Below, piece after piece: positions 8,505 through 19,452 of a DNA stretch of 47,970 nt. Origin of the DNA: an uncultured Emergencia sp. (GTDB lineage: Bacteria > Bacillota > Clostridia > Peptostreptococcales > Anaerovoracaceae); NCBI GenBank assembly GCA_944388465.1, contig CALXJA010000033.1, positions 1 through 47,970 on the forward strand. Direction: 5' to 3'. The notes beneath the pieces were generated by a model. The model was given only the letters and a program-made list of their open reading frames with translations. It did not search any database and had not been told where the DNA came from. Each line of letters opens with the position of its first letter. The stretch's first letter is position 1. The translations under genes and the position numbers were made by a program.

Positions 8505-9080
8505 TTATTCTTTGATGATCTCACATTCTGTATCCGGACCGCAGCCTGCTGCATTTCCTTCGTCCGTATCCAGATGCACTTCTCTTTCGTGCTTTGCACC
8601 GGCTCTGACCAGAACGTTGTTGTAGATCACGCCTCTTTCTCCATCAATTTTAATGCTGACCCAGTCGCCGTCTTTAACGCCGGCTTCCTTGGCCTGCTCG
8701 TCATTGAGATGAACGTGACGCAGCGCAGCGATGACACCATGATCGATTTCCACCTCGCCGCAAGGACCGACCAGCTTACATCCCGGTGTGCCCTCCAGCT
8801 TTCCGGATTCTCTGACCGGAGCCTTGATGCCGATGGTTCTGGCATCTGTCAGCGCCAGTTCTACCTGCGTTTCTTTACGGACCGGACCCAGTACGCGGAT
8901 TCCGCTCAGTGTTTTCTTCGGTCCTACAATATCCACTTTTTCTTCTGCCGCAAACTGTCCCGGCTGTACCAGCGGTTTGGACGGCGTCAGCTCATATCCG
9001 GGTCCGAAAAGTGTCTCCAGATCCTGCTGGCTCAGATGAACATGTTTGTTTGATAAACCGATTTTTACTTTGTAACCCAT
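8505..9080 (-). CDS. pduL: Phosphate propanoyl/acetyltransferase PduL
   Basis: SNKHVHLS, QPGQFAA, RVLGPVR, RESGKLEGTPG, RHVH, HLDTDEGNAA. Confidence 0.93.
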   Translation of the reverse strand: MGYKVKIGLSNKHVHLSQQDLETLFGPGYELTPSKPLVQPGQFAAEEKVDIVGPKKTLSGIRVLGPVRKETQVELALTDARTIGIKAPVRESGKLEGTPGCKLVGPCGEVEIDHGVIAALRHVHLNDEQAKEAGVKDGDWVSIKIDGERGVIYNNVLVRAGAKHEREVHLDTDEGNAAGCGPDTECEIIKE

Positions 9081-9115
9081 ATCCTTATCTCCTTTATGTA
9101 AAATTTATGACAAAA

Positions 9116-9646
9116 TTAGTCTTCCAAATAGCTGATATACGGCAAATTTCTGTATTTCTGATCAAAGTCAAGGCCATAACCGATGATAAACAGATCCTCT
9201 ACAGTAAAGCCGATATAATCTGCCCGCACATCGGCGGCTCTTCTTGACGGTTTGTCCAGCATCGTGCAGATCTTCACGCTCTTCGGATCCTTGCTCAGAA
9301 AATAATCCTTCAGGTATTTCAGCGTATTTCCCGTATCGATGATGTCTTCGATGATCAATACATGCTTATCCCGGATATCGATATCGATGTCCTTTTTTAT
9401 CTTCACGCTTCCGGAGCTGACCGTGCCGCTGCCATAGCTGCTGGCAGAGATGAAATCGATCTCTGTGTCCAGAGTGATCTGCTTCATCAGATCCGCCATC
9501 CACATTACCGCGCCCTTCAGTGTCCCGACAAGTACCAGCGGCTCGCCTTCATAATCCGAAGAGATCTGTCTGCCCAGCTTCGCCGCCTTATCCAGGATCT
9601 GCTCCTGTGTCAGAAGTATTTTTCCTTTTACCTCAGCTTTTACCAT
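9116..9646 (-). CDS. hpt: Hypoxanthine phosphoribosyltransferase
   Basis: LKGAV, SSYG, PRPP motif VLIIEDIIDTGNT, GYGLD, YRNLPYI. Confidence 0.96.
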   Translation of the reverse strand: MVKAEVKGKILLTQEQILDKAAKLGRQISSDYEGEPLVLVGTLKGAVMWMADLMKQITLDTEIDFISASSYGSGTVSSGSVKIKKDIDIDIRDKHVLIIEDIIDTGNTLKYLKDYFLSKDPKSVKICTMLDKPSRRAADVRADYIGFTVEDLFIIGYGLDFDQKYRNLPYISYLED

Positions 9647-9651
9647 ATCCG

Positions 9652-9984
9652 TTACTTATCCTTTCCGTCATCTTCCACTTCGTAATCCACATCCTCGACC
9701 ATGGTCTTCCCCCGGAATTTCTTAGAAAGATCCTCTGTCTTTTCGCCCATCCAGTAAGCATCCAGTTCATCTTTCAGATGCCACAGGATAAAGATCCACA
9801 GAATCAAATCGTCGATGAACCCAAAAGGAAACAGGATCGGCGGTATCAGATCCAGCGGAAGAAAGAGGTAGACGATACCGAAAATGACAAGGGCTTTCTT
9901 GCGCAGAGGCACCGTCTTATCTCTCAGTAAATGAGAAATTGCACCGATACGTTTAAAAATGGTTCTGAACGTAATGAACTGCAT
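9652..9984 (-). CDS. YkvA/DUF1232 family membrane protein
   Basis: YLFLPLDLIPP...GFIDD signature. Confidence 0.85.
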   Translation of the reverse strand: MQFITFRTIFKRIGAISHLLRDKTVPLRKKALVIFGIVYLFLPLDLIPPILFPFGFIDDLILWIFILWHLKDELDAYWMGEKTEDLSKKFRGKTMVEDVDYEVEDDGKDK

Positions 9985-10572
9985 TTACTCCTCCAAAATC
10001 CCCTCTATTTCCAGAAGCAGCTGCTCCCAGCCCGTTTTTTTCAGTGAAGAAACCGGAATGATCCTGTCTTCTTCTGTCAAAGACAGCGTTTTACGGATCA
10101 GCGCCAGATTTTTCTGCATTTCGCTCCGCGACACCTTATCCGCCTTAGTCGCCACCACAAGTCCGGAAAGTCCGTAATACCGCAGATAGTCGTACATCTG
10201 CACATCCTGAGCCGTAGGCTTGTGGCGTATATCCACCAGCTGAATCACCCGGCGCAGTCCTTCCCTCTTCTGGAAATACGTTTCCATCATCTTGCCCCAG
10301 TCATCCGTCACGGCTTTTGCAGTTTTCGCATAGCCATACCCCGGAAGATCGACGATGCGGAACGCGTCGTTGATCAGATAAAAATTGATCGTTCTCGTTT
10401 TTCCCGGACTGCCGCTGACCTTTGCCAGCTTCTTTCTGCCAGTCAGCAGATTCAGCAGGGAGGACTTCCCTACATTTGATCTGCCGGCAAAAGCCACCTC
10501 CGGTAAACCGTCGGATGGGTACTGAGACGGTTTTACCGCTACAGCCTCCAGCTGCGATTTTGTAATTTTCAT
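9985..10572 (-). CDS. engB: Ribosome biogenesis GTPase YihA/YsxC (EngB)
   Basis: GRSNVGKSS, PGKTRTINF, DLPGYG, TKADK; conserved position after lon. Confidence 0.96.
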   Translation of the reverse strand: MKITKSQLEAVAVKPSQYPSDGLPEVAFAGRSNVGKSSLLNLLTGRKKLAKVSGSPGKTRTINFYLINDAFRIVDLPGYGYAKTAKAVTDDWGKMMETYFQKREGLRRVIQLVDIRHKPTAQDVQMYDYLRYYGLSGLVVATKADKVSRSEMQKNLALIRKTLSLTEEDRIIPVSSLKKTGWEQLLLEIEGILEE

Positions 10573-10585
10573 CGGTGTTCCACTC

Positions 10586-12961
10586 TTATTTTACCAGCGC
10601 TTCGTCCAGAGCCTGCCCGATATCGCTGATCAGAACAAATTCCATCTGTCTGCGGACAGCGGCAGGAATTTCGGCGATATCCGGTTCGTTGTCTTTCGGA
10701 AGCAATACCTTTTTGATTCCCGCTCTGTGTGCGGCAAGAACCTTTTCTCTGATTCCGCCTACCGGCAGGATCTTTCCTCTGAGCGTAATCTCTCCCGTCA
10801 TGGCCACATCCCGCTTTACCGGCGTATTGGTCAATGTGGAGATCACGGCCGTACACATGGTCACGCCGGCTGACGGTCCGTCTTTTGGCACCGCTCCCTC
10901 CGGAATATGCACATGGAGATCGTACTTCTTATAGAAATCCTCTTCAATTCCCAGTTTTCCGGCTACCGAACGGATATAGCTGATGCCGGCTTTGGCGGAT
11001 TCCTGCATGACGTCGCCCAGTTGTCCGGTGAGAACCACTTTGCCGTCTCCCGGAACAGCGGTAGTCTCGATCTGCAGTGTTTCACCGCCAACGATGGTCC
11101 ATGCCAGTCCCGTTGTTACGCCGACCTGGTTTTCACCCTCTACAATATCATAGTGATATCTGTGCTTGCCCAGGTACCGTTCCAGGTTCCCCGGGGTGAT
11201 ACTGTAGGATTTAGCTTTATTGGTCACGATCTTCCGCGCCACTTTACGGCAGAGATTGGCAATTTCCCGTTCCAGGTTACGTACACCGGATTCCCGGGTG
11301 TAATAGTTGATCAGATCCCGGATCGCCTTTTCGGAAATGCGGATATTCTCTTTCTTCAGACCATGTTCTTTTATTTTCTTCGGTATCAGATACCGCTGTG
11401 CGATCTTTACTTTTTCCTCTTCCGTATATCCCGGAACCTCGACGACTTCCATCCGATCCAGCAGCGGACGAGGGATAGTATCCGTCGTATTGGCCGTCGT
11501 GATAAACATAACGCGGGAAAGATCAAACGGTATCTCCAGGAAGTGATCGGTAAACGTATTGTTCTGCTCCGGATCCAGCACTTCCAGTAAAGCCGATGCC
11601 GGATCGCCCTTGAAATCCGCGCCGATCTTATCCACCTCATCAAAGAGGAAGACCGGATTGTTGGTACCGGCGTCGCGGATACAGGAAATAACTCGTCCCG
11701 GTATAGCGCCGATGTAGGTTCTTCTGTGTCCGCGGATCTCCGCCTCGTCACGAACGCCGCCCAGAGACATGCGCACGAACTCCCGGCCGGATGCCCGGGC
11801 GATCGATCTGGCGATGGACGTCTTGCCGACTCCCGGCGGACCTACGAGACAGAGGATCGGTCCCTTGATCGCTTTGGAAAGGTGAATGACCGCGAGATAT
11901 TCCAAAACACGTTCTTTGACCTTATCCAGTCCGTAGTGATCCTCATTGAGTATTTTCTCTGCTTTTTTCAGGTTGACATTTACCCGGGAAGAATGGTTCC
12001 ACGGCAATGCCAGTATGGTCTCCACGTAATTGCGGATAACGGTCGCCTCCGCAGATGAAGGCATCATCTTGGAGAATTTATGGATCTCCTTCTTGATTTT
12101 ATCTTCGATCTTCGCATCCAGGTGAAGCTCCTGCAGCTGTTTCAGCCACTCATCTGCTTCAGCGCCGGCGTCCTCATTGACGCCCAGCTCTTCCTGAATC
12201 GCTTTCATCCTCTCCCGCAGAAAATATTCCTTCTGGTTGTTATCTATGCTTTCCTTGACCTTCTGCGACAGTTCTTTTTCGATAACGGCAATTTCGTTTT
12301 CCTCTGCGATGATCGTTGTCAGCACCTTGATCCGCTCAGAAAAATCCAGTGTCTCCAGTACCTTCTGTTTCCTGCTGCAGGCGATCAGCATCTCGTTGGC
12401 GATCTTGTCGACGACAACGGCCGGCATCTCGCTGGATACGGCTTTATCGACGACTTCATCTGTGACCTGGCCGGTCAGAGCCGCGTACTCAACAAAGCTC
12501 TCGGTAAGGATGCGCATCGCCGCTTTATCGGTCGTAGTCAGATCTTCCGTCCGTATATTCTCATCGATCTCCCTTATGGTGCAGGACATATAGCTCTCTT
12601 CAGCTATTTCATCCATGACCTCAGCTCTACAGAGACCCTCTACCAGAACTCTGACCGCATCCCCCTGGATCTTCAGCATCTGCTTGATCCTTACCAGCGT
12701 TCCCAGTTTATAGATGTCCTTAAATGTAGGTATCAGTACCGTTTCGTCTTTCTGGGTGGATACAAACAGAAGTTTATCCACAGACATGGCTTTTTCTAAA
12801 GCCCGGATAGACTTTTCACGGCCTATATCAAAATGTACAACCGTATTGGGAAAAATCGATACGCCTCTGAGCGGAATACAAGGGAATATTTTCTGCTGCT
12901 CTTCCGCAGGCGTCTCTGCAGACGAGAGCTTTTCTTCCTCCACTTTTATCTCTTCGTTCAT
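10586..12961 (-). CDS. lon: ATP-dependent protease La (Lon)
   Basis: LON N-domain, GPPGVGKT, GHRRTYIGA, catalytic PKDGPSAG, TGEITLRG. Start at ATG 12961 (GGAGG RBS). Confidence 0.97.
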   Translation of the reverse strand: MNEEIKVEEEKLSSAETPAEEQQKIFPCIPLRGVSIFPNTVVHFDIGREKSIRALEKAMSVDKLLFVSTQKDETVLIPTFKDIYKLGTLVRIKQMLKIQGDAVRVLVEGLCRAEVMDEIAEESYMSCTIREIDENIRTEDLTTTDKAAMRILTESFVEYAALTGQVTDEVVDKAVSSEMPAVVVDKIANEMLIACSRKQKVLETLDFSERIKVLTTIIAEENEIAVIEKELSQKVKESIDNNQKEYFLRERMKAIQEELGVNEDAGAEADEWLKQLQELHLDAKIEDKIKKEIHKFSKMMPSSAEATVIRNYVETILALPWNHSSRVNVNLKKAEKILNEDHYGLDKVKERVLEYLAVIHLSKAIKGPILCLVGPPGVGKTSIARSIARASGREFVRMSLGGVRDEAEIRGHRRTYIGAIPGRVISCIRDAGTNNPVFLFDEVDKIGADFKGDPASALLEVLDPEQNNTFTDHFLEIPFDLSRVMFITTANTTDTIPRPLLDRMEVVEVPGYTEEEKVKIAQRYLIPKKIKEHGLKKENIRISEKAIRDLINYYTRESGVRNLEREIANLCRKVARKIVTNKAKSYSITPGNLERYLGKHRYHYDIVEGENQVGVTTGLAWTIVGGETLQIETTAVPGDGKVVLTGQLGDVMQESAKAGISYIRSVAGKLGIEEDFYKKYDLHVHIPEGAVPKDGPSAGVTMCTAVISTLTNTPVKRDVAMTGEITLRGKILPVGGIREKVLAAHRAGIKKVLLPKDNEPDIAEIPAAVRRQMEFVLISDIGQALDEALVK

Positions 12962-13138
12962 CAGTCTTTTCCTCCTCCCTTTAACGTTTCTTCCCCGCTG
13001 CAGACTTTTCTGCATACAACACACCTTCTACAGGGGCAAGATCCCGTTTTCTGCACAGGAAAAGCGGGAAGCTCTTTCTTTCTGTCTCCCTTTCGTATTT
13101 CCTGTGTTATACAATAAGGCGACATAAAGCCGCCTGTA

Positions 13139-14413
13139 TTATGAGGCATCTGCCTCGTTATTTTCTTCTGCAGGTTCTGACAGAACTAACCGCGGCTCCT
13201 GCTCCGTTTCGATAGTCTCCTTCGTAATAATGCACTTCTTGACATCCTTTCGTGAAGGAATATCGAACATGATATCCGTCATCGCCTTCTCAAAGATGCT
13301 GCGCAGACCTCTTGCGCCGGTCTTTCTTTCGATTGCCTTCCTTGCAATGGCCTTTACGGCTTCTTCTTCGATTTCCAGTTCCACATGATCCAGCTCAAAG
13401 AGCTTTTTATACTGCTTGATCAGCGCATTCTTCGGTTCTTTCATGATGCGGATCAGTGCATCCTCTGTAAGCTCCTCCAGGGTGACGATGACCGGAAGTC
13501 TTCCGATAAACTCCGGAATCAGTCCGAACTTCAGCAGATCCTCCGGCTGAATATGCCGGAGCAGATTGTCCTCCTGCTTTTTGGAAACGACCATTTCCGA
13601 ATTAAAGCCGATGACCCGCTCGCCCATTCTGCGCTGAATGATGCTGTCCAGTCCGTCGAAAGCGCCGCCGCAAATGAAGAGTACGTTGGTGGTGTCAAAC
13701 TGAATGAACTCCTGGTGCGGATGCTTTCTGCCACCCTGCGGCGGTACGTTTGCTACCGTTCCTTCCAGAATTTTCAGCAGCGCCTGCTGGACGCCCTCAC
13801 CGCTGACATCACGGGTAATGGATGGATTATCGGACTTTCTCGCGATTTTGTCGATCTCATCCACATAGATGATCCCCTTCTGTGCTTTTTCTACGTCGTA
13901 GTCCGCCGCCTGCAGCAGGCGCAGCAGGATATTTTCCACATCCTCGCCTACGTAGCCTGCCTCCGTCAGGGCAGTAGCGTCTGCAATGGCGAACGGCACA
14001 TTGAGGATCTTCGCCAGCGTCTGTGCTAAGAGCGTCTTTCCGGAACCAGTCGGTCCGATCATGACAATGTTGCTCTTCTGCAGGTCGACGTCTTTGTCCC
14101 GCTCATTCAGTCCGTTGATTCTCTTGTAATGATTGTATACGGCCACAGCCAGGGCTTTTTTCGCAGAATCCTGACCGATTACGTAGTCTGACAGGGTATC
14201 GTAGATCTCCTTCGGCTTCGGCAGTTCATATTGAATCTCGTCAGATGACGTCTCATATTCTCTGATGGCATCGCTGACGATGTCCATGCACATCTCCACA
14301 CATTCATCGCAGATGTATACGCCCGGTCCGGCTACAAGGCGCCGAACCTGACTCTGCGGTTTTCCGCAGAAGGAACAGCGCAGCTGTTTGCTGTCGTCAT
14401 ATCTGTCTGCCAT
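13139..14413 (-). CDS. clpX: ATP-dependent Clp protease ATP-binding subunit ClpX
   Basis: C4 zinc finger CSFC...[25 protein letters not shown] loop, IGF loop. Confidence 0.98.
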   Translation of the reverse strand: MADRYDDSKQLRCSFCGKPQSQVRRLVAGPGVYICDECVEMCMDIVSDAIREYETSSDEIQYELPKPKEIYDTLSDYVIGQDSAKKALAVAVYNHYKRINGLNERDKDVDLQKSNIVMIGPTGSGKTLLAQTLAKILNVPFAIADATALTEAGYVGEDVENILLRLLQAADYDVEKAQKGIIYVDEIDKIARKSDNPSITRDVSGEGVQQALLKILEGTVANVPPQGGRKHPHQEFIQFDTTNVLFICGGAFDGLDSIIQRRMGERVIGFNSEMVVSKKQEDNLLRHIQPEDLLKFGLIPEFIGRLPVIVTLEELTEDALIRIMKEPKNALIKQYKKLFELDHVELEIEEEAVKAIARKAIERKTGARGLRSIFEKAMTDIMFDIPSRKDVKKCIITKETIETEQEPRLVLSEPAEENNEADAS

Positions 14414-14425
14414 AAACATTCCCCC

Positions 14426-15007
14426 TTATTTAGACACGATGACTTTATCGATGAGGCCATAGCGACAGGCGTCGTCGGCACTCATAAAGTTGTCTCTGTC
14501 TGTATCTTTTTCAATGGTCTCCATAGGCTGACCGGTATTTTCGCTGAGGATCCGGTTCAGCTTCTCCTTTGTTTTCAGAATCCAGTCTGCGTGGATCTTG
14601 ATGTCCGAAGCCTGACCCCGTGCGCCGCCCAAAGGCTGATGGATCATGATCTCGGCGTTCGGCAGGGCAAACCGCTTTCCTTTTTCTCCGGAAGACAGCA
14701 GAAACGCGCCCATGCTGGCCGCCAGACCCACACAGATGGTGGAAACATCACACTTGATGTACTGCATGGTATCGTAAATTGCCATCCCTGCAGTAACAGA
14801 GCCGCCCGGGCTGTTGATATAGATGCAGATATCCTTATCCGGATCCTCTGCCTCTAAAAACAGCAGCTGCGCAACCACCAGGCTGGCCACATGATCGTCG
14901 ATCTCCTCCCCCAAAAAGATGATCCTGTCCTTCAGCAGTCTGGAATAGATGTCGTATGAACGCTCTCCTCTGCTCGTCTGTTCCACTACGTATGGTACCA
15001 ATGCCAT
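14426..15007 (-). CDS. clpP: Clp protease proteolytic subunit
   Basis: [45 protein letters not shown]. Confidence 0.98.
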   Translation of the reverse strand: MALVPYVVEQTSRGERSYDIYSRLLKDRIIFLGEEIDDHVASLVVAQLLFLEAEDPDKDICIYINSPGGSVTAGMAIYDTMQYIKCDVSTICVGLAASMGAFLLSSGEKGKRFALPNAEIMIHQPLGGARGQASDIKIHADWILKTKEKLNRILSENTGQPMETIEKDTDRDNFMSADDACRYGLIDKVIVSK

Positions 15008-15065
15008 TTTCTTTCCCCCTTACTCTGCTTTGCTGTTCCGGATGCGCAGGGCATCCGCTCCGCGT

Positions 15066-16412
15066 TTATTCTTCTGTTTCAGACGTTTCTGTTTTTTCGT
15101 CTTCCGCAGCTTCTTCCTTTTTCTCTACCTTGGTCACATTTGCCTTGTCATACAGCATGTCGATGGTCTTTTTGAGCTGGATATCCTTGGCAAAATACGG
15201 CAGGCTGTCCTCGCCGATCATCTTCTTCATCTGCTCGGCGTCGGTGTTGTACTGTATTGCCATATTCTTCAGCTCTTCTTCCAGTTCTTCATCGGAGACC
15301 TCGACCTTCTCGGCCTCGGCGATGGACATCAGGATCACTCTGGTTACGACTTTCTTTGTCGCATCCTCGCGAAGCTCTTCTCTGAATGCTGCGGCGTCTT
15401 TCTGCATAAACTGCAGATACTGTTCCAGCGACAGACCCTGATATCTCAGCTGATGATCCAGTTCCTGCGCCATACGGTCGATCTCATCCTCTACCATAAC
15501 CCGTGGGACATCGGTCTTGTTGGCTTCGTAAACCTTTTCGATGACCGCATCCTTCGCGTTATTTTCGTTCTGCGCGTCAGCATACTTCTGTAGTCTTTCA
15601 CGCGTAGCGGCTTTTAATTCTTCCAGTGTATCATATTCACTGACATCTTTTGCAAACTCATCGTCAAGCTCCGGCAGCTGCTCTTCCTTGACCTCGTGTA
15701 CCAGGCAGTGGAACACGGCTTCTTTTCCGGCCAGTTCTTCCGCATGATATTCTTCCGGGAAGGTCACAACGACATCCTTCTTTTCTCCCGGTGCCACACC
15801 GATCAGCTGCTCTTCAAATCCCGGGATAAACATACCGGAACCGATCTTCAGTTCCTGTCTTTCTGCCGTACCGCCTTCAAACTGCTCTTCGCCGACAAAG
15901 CCGGAATAGTCCAGAAGCACGGTATCGCCCTCCTGTACAGGTCTTTCTGCCAGAACCATTCTGGAGTTTCTCTTCTGCAGCGCTTCAATATCTCTGTCTA
16001 CATCTTCTTCCTTGACTTTTTCTTCGGTCTGCTCAACCTCAACGCCGAAGTAATCCTTGACCTCGATAACCGGATATACCGGAACCGTGATGGTAATGGT
16101 CAGCGGTTTACCTTTGCCCAGTTCGCTGAACTCAGCAGCCGGGCTGTCGATAACTTCCAGCTCCAATTCTTTTATTGCCACAGGATAGCCTTCTCTAAAC
16201 ATGTTATTAATGGCGTCTTCATAAAATACGCCTTCACCATAGTGCTTTTCGATAATGCTTCTCGGCGCTTTGCCTTTTCTGAAACCGTCTATGGTAAACT
16301 GATTTTTTGAAGCCTGGTATGCCTTTACGATGGCTGCCTCAAATTCCTCAGCGGTAAAGTCCATGGTGAATTTGACATCATTATTTTCTTTGGAAATAAA
16401 TGTAGTTTTCAT
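15066..16412 (-). CDS. tig: Trigger factor
   Basis: GFRKGKAP ribosome-binding motif, FKBP domain FIPGFEEQLIG. Start at ATG 16412 (AGGAGG RBS). Confidence 0.97.
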   Translation of the reverse strand: MKTTFISKENNDVKFTMDFTAEEFEAAIVKAYQASKNQFTIDGFRKGKAPRSIIEKHYGEGVFYEDAINNMFREGYPVAIKELELEVIDSPAAEFSELGKGKPLTITITVPVYPVIEVKDYFGVEVEQTEEKVKEEDVDRDIEALQKRNSRMVLAERPVQEGDTVLLDYSGFVGEEQFEGGTAERQELKIGSGMFIPGFEEQLIGVAPGEKKDVVVTFPEEYHAEELAGKEAVFHCLVHEVKEEQLPELDDEFAKDVSEYDTLEELKAATRERLQKYADAQNENNAKDAVIEKVYEANKTDVPRVMVEDEIDRMAQELDHQLRYQGLSLEQYLQFMQKDAAAFREELREDATKKVVTRVILMSIAEAEKVEVSDEELEEELKNMAIQYNTDAEQMKKMIGEDSLPYFAKDIQLKKTIDMLYDKANVTKVEKKEEAAEDEKTETSETEE

Positions 16413-16485
16413 TGATATATATCCTCCTAAAATTATAGCAGATTTAACAGGTCTTTTGACCGGATCTGAACATAGAATGCATATT

Positions 16486-16514
16486 ATTATACACTTTTTG
16501 ACCGCCAAAGTAAA
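16486..16514 (-). promoter_or_regulatory. Putative sigma-A promoter of the tig-clpP-clpX-lon operon
   Basis: TTTACT-17 nt-TATAAT. Confidence 0.5.
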
Positions 16515-16598
16515 GAAATTCTAAGAAAAATCTGCGGTTTCTCAAGCATTTTTCGGCTCTTCAGAGCCATTTTTGCCTCTGGAGAAGCTAAAACAACC

Positions 16599-16642
16599 AA
16601 AAAAGGATCAGATTCGCTCTTTTACAAAATCCAATCCTTTTT
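16599..16642 (-). terminator. Intrinsic terminator after the CYTH gene
   Basis: AAAAAGGATTGGATT / AATCTGATCCTTTTTT stem with G-U pairs and a U-tract. Confidence 0.6.
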
Positions 16643-16659
16643 CCGCAAAGCTTTACGGC

Positions 16660-17283
16660 TTACTGCTGCATCAGATCCAGACCCCGCTTGTACTTGCTGG
16701 TATCCTCAGGCTGAAGCTGATACTTTTCGGCCAGTCTCCTGCCGAGAGCCAGAAAATCCTCTTCTTCGCCGGAATACAGTTCGATCTCCAGTTCGGAGAT
16801 CGGCGCCGTTTTCCCGCCGCAGATCACCTGTCCGCGATCTACCGATAATTCACTGATGGATCTGCCCGTATCGACACGCATCTGTCTGCGGACAAAACAA
16901 ATATCCATGACCGGAAGCAGCGTCCGCTTGCCGACGATATTTTCTAAAACCTCGCACATCTCGCTCTGGTTAAAGATCTGGATATCGGGAGTCCTCAGCT
17001 TCTCCTCATCCCTGACCGGAACATTGATCTCTTCTCTCTTGTGCATGCCGTCTTCGCTGGAACCGTTCCATTTCAGCGTGCCTACAATGCGTCCGCCCTC
17101 TTTGCGCACCCGGAAAGCGATACCTTCGCGATAAAGGCGGCGATCCTCTGTATCAAAGTAGACCGCGTGCATCTCCAGCTCCTCCTCTGTGCGCTCATCC
17201 TTAATTCCGGCAAGATAAGGATCCGTGAAAATTTTTTCGATTATTGCTTCATTCTCTATCCGATACTTGAGTTCTATTTCCAT
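16660..17283 (-). CDS. CYTH-domain (triphosphate tunnel metalloenzyme) protein
   Basis: N-terminal EIELK, YFDT, RVRK, ELEIEL, SKYKRG. Confidence 0.92.
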   Translation of the reverse strand: MEIELKYRIENEAIIEKIFTDPYLAGIKDERTEEELEMHAVYFDTEDRRLYREGIAFRVRKEGGRIVGTLKWNGSSEDGMHKREEINVPVRDEEKLRTPDIQIFNQSEMCEVLENIVGKRTLLPVMDICFVRRQMRVDTGRSISELSVDRGQVICGGKTAPISELEIELYSGEEEDFLALGRRLAEKYQLQPEDTSKYKRGLDLMQQ

Positions 17284-17346
17284 TTGTTTCGTTTCCTTTT
17301 ACGTTAATCTACCGCACAATAGTTCTAACACAAAATCCCGTTTTCG

Positions 17347-18060
17347 TCAATAGAAGACGTCTTCAAGAGGATAAAGTCCCGGTTGTTTTCCTTTCAGCCA
17401 GAGGGCGGCCTCAATAGCCCCCTTAGCAAATATGTTCTTGGAAAAAGCCGTGTGCCGGATCTCGATCACCTCATCCTTCAGTGCAAAAAGCACGGTATGC
17501 TCGCCAAAGATCGTCCCTGCTCTGACACTGTGTATACCGATTTCATCCCTGCGCTTTTCCTCCCCGCTGCGGCCGTATTTCCACTCACGCTGCCGCTCGG
17601 GATCACAGCACGCTGCCAGTGCCAAAGCCGTGCCGCTGGGAGAATCCACCTTCTGGTTATGATGCTTTTCGATAATCTCGATATCCGAACAGTCCTTCAG
17701 CATCGGCACGGCATAGCTGATGATCTTCTTCATCGTATGGATACCATAAGAAAAATTCGAGCTTTCGATCACCGGGGCTTTCTCTGCCAGCATACGTATC
17801 TTCTTTCGATCTTCTGCAGAAAAACCTGTGGTTGCAAAGACAACGCCGACCCTGCCTGCCTTTTCCGCAGTATAGCTGCATATGCTCTCCAGTGCGTCAG
17901 GATGACTGAAATCGATCAGAATATCCGGCTGCTGCACATCATAAAGACTTTCGCCCAGAGCCGGCTCAATGTTGCACACCCGTTCGATTCCCGGGTTTTG
18001 CAGCGCCATATCCCGTACCAGTCTTCCCATAGTTCCTGTGCCGATAATGGCAATATTCAT
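17347..18060 (-). CDS. dapB: 4-hydroxy-tetrahydrodipicolinate reductase
   Basis: GTGTMG, IDFSHP, ATTG, EKHHNQKVDSPSGTA, FAKGAI. Confidence 0.94.
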   Translation of the reverse strand: MNIAIIGTGTMGRLVRDMALQNPGIERVCNIEPALGESLYDVQQPDILIDFSHPDALESICSYTAEKAGRVGVVFATTGFSAEDRKKIRMLAEKAPVIESSNFSYGIHTMKKIISYAVPMLKDCSDIEIIEKHHNQKVDSPSGTALALAACCDPERQREWKYGRSGEEKRRDEIGIHSVRAGTIFGEHTVLFALKDEVIEIRHTAFSKNIFAKGAIEAALWLKGKQPGLYPLEDVFY

Positions 18061-18135
18061 CCTGTCTTCCTCCTTTTTCGGCGGAAAAGGAAATCTCTCC
18101 GCTGTATACGTGAATCCGATATCGTACAGTATACG

Positions 18136-19452
18136 TTATTCCGCGCGAAAAGGATTTGCCACTTTTTTCTGTATCCCATAGCAGACCGGTACGAGAAAGA
18201 GATAAAAACTCATGGGAACGGCAGCAAGACCCACCTGCATGAATCCCAGCGGCACAGAACAGGCAATCGCCCACGGAACTGCTCCGGCCAGCAGAATCAC
18301 TGAATTTTCCATATCTATAGCCAGCTCCTGTTTTGATGCGCCGGCTTCCATGTACGGTTTTTTCATCAGATCGCAGCACATCATCGAAGCGATGGTCTGA
18401 TTGCAGAAAATGCCCAGAGTGACCAGCGAAACGAGAACCATAGAGAAAAACCTGCCGGTTTTCTTGATCACCGGCCGGATCTTCTCCTGCAGCGGATCCA
18501 GCATACCTGTTCCGGAAAATATTCCGGAATAAGTGCTGGACAGCGCTACGATACACACGATCTCCATCATGGACAGCAGTCCGCCTCCGTTGAGGATCCC
18601 GCCTAAGGCACCTTCTGTTTCGTAACCAAAGAGCATCGCCTTTAACAGCACCGTCAGCTTTTCGTGCTGGACAAGCAGGCTGACAAAAGCACCCGCAGCA
18701 ATACTTGCCGCCATGGACCAGACAACGGATACCTTCAATAGCGGAAGAAGCAGCATGCAGACTGCCGGCAGCACGCACCACAGCGAAATACGGAATTCCT
18801 CCCGGAACATCTCCAAAAAAGTATGATCTACCGTATGTATGGGATTAGCAAAGGAAAAAACACCATATAGAACTAAAGTCAGCAGCAGTGGTACGATGCC
18901 CGTTTTCACCATGTTCCGGACATTGTCCAGCAGGTCTGTACCGCTGATCGCGGCAACCAGGACAGCGCTGGAAGAAACCGGCGAGCCCCGGTCTCCAAAA
19001 TATATCCCGCTCATGATCACGCCGGCTGTCACCACCTCGTTGACTCCGCCGCTGCGCGCCAGCGTGATGAAAATGACGCCGGCCGTTCCTGCCACGCCAA
19101 AAGAAGTACCCAGTGCATAAGACAGCAGACAGCAGAGGACAAAGGTGACGAGGAGGAAAAGATCCGGCGTAATCAGCTTGATCCCGTAGTAGACAAAAAA
19201 AGCGATCGTACCCGAGGATCTCCATATCGCTGTGATAAAGCCGATAATCAGCATGACCCGGATGACGACGAGAGCGTCCCTGACCCCGCTTTTTCCCATC
19301 TGCAGCAGCTCGTCTGTGCGGAATCCCTTTTTTCTTCCGGTTAGAAAAAAAGCGGCTGATCCGATAAAAAGAGCAATGACCATCGTATGACCTGAAACGA
19401 TACAGGCGATCATTGCTCCTATAAAAACAAGAGAACTGACGGTAAGTCCCAT
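18136..19452 (-). CDS. NhaC family Na+/H+ antiporter or amino-acid transporter
   Basis: Polytopic membrane protein; GTSFGVAGT, SGIYFGDRGSPVS, VPW motifs. Confidence 0.85.
   Translation of the reverse strand: MGLTVSSLVFIGAMIACIVSGHTMVIALFIGSAAFFLTGRKKGFRTDELLQMGKSGVRDALVVIRVMLIIGFITAIWRSSGTIAFFVYYGIKLITPDLFLLVTFVLCCLLSYALGTSFGVAGTAGVIFITLARSGGVNEVVTAGVIMSGIYFGDRGSPVSSSAVLVAAISGTDLLDNVRNMVKTGIVPLLLTLVLYGVFSFANPIHTVDHTFLEMFREEFRISLWCVLPAVCMLLLPLLKVSVVWSMAASIAAGAFVSLLVQHEKLTVLLKAMLFGYETEGALGGILNGGGLLSMMEIVCIVALSSTYSGIFSGTGMLDPLQEKIRPVIKKTGRFFSMVLVSLVTLGIFCNQTIASMMCCDLMKKPYMEAGASKQELAIDMENSVILLAGAVPWAIACSVPLGFMQVGLAAVPMSFYLFLVPVCYGIQKKVANPFRAE

Noticed and set aside
10569-13024. Extended N-termini in the ORF track (lon, tig, uvrC, Mn catalase, alpha-hydroxy-acid oxidase, J-like protein)
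   Set aside because: Downstream start codons have clear RBSs and match family N-termini; the extensions overlap promoters or neighbouring genes.
16455-16503. Two GGTCAAA heptads upstream of tig-clpP-clpX-lon as CtsR sites
   Set aside because: CtsR needs heptads in tandem 3 nt apart; these are isolated and 42 bp apart.
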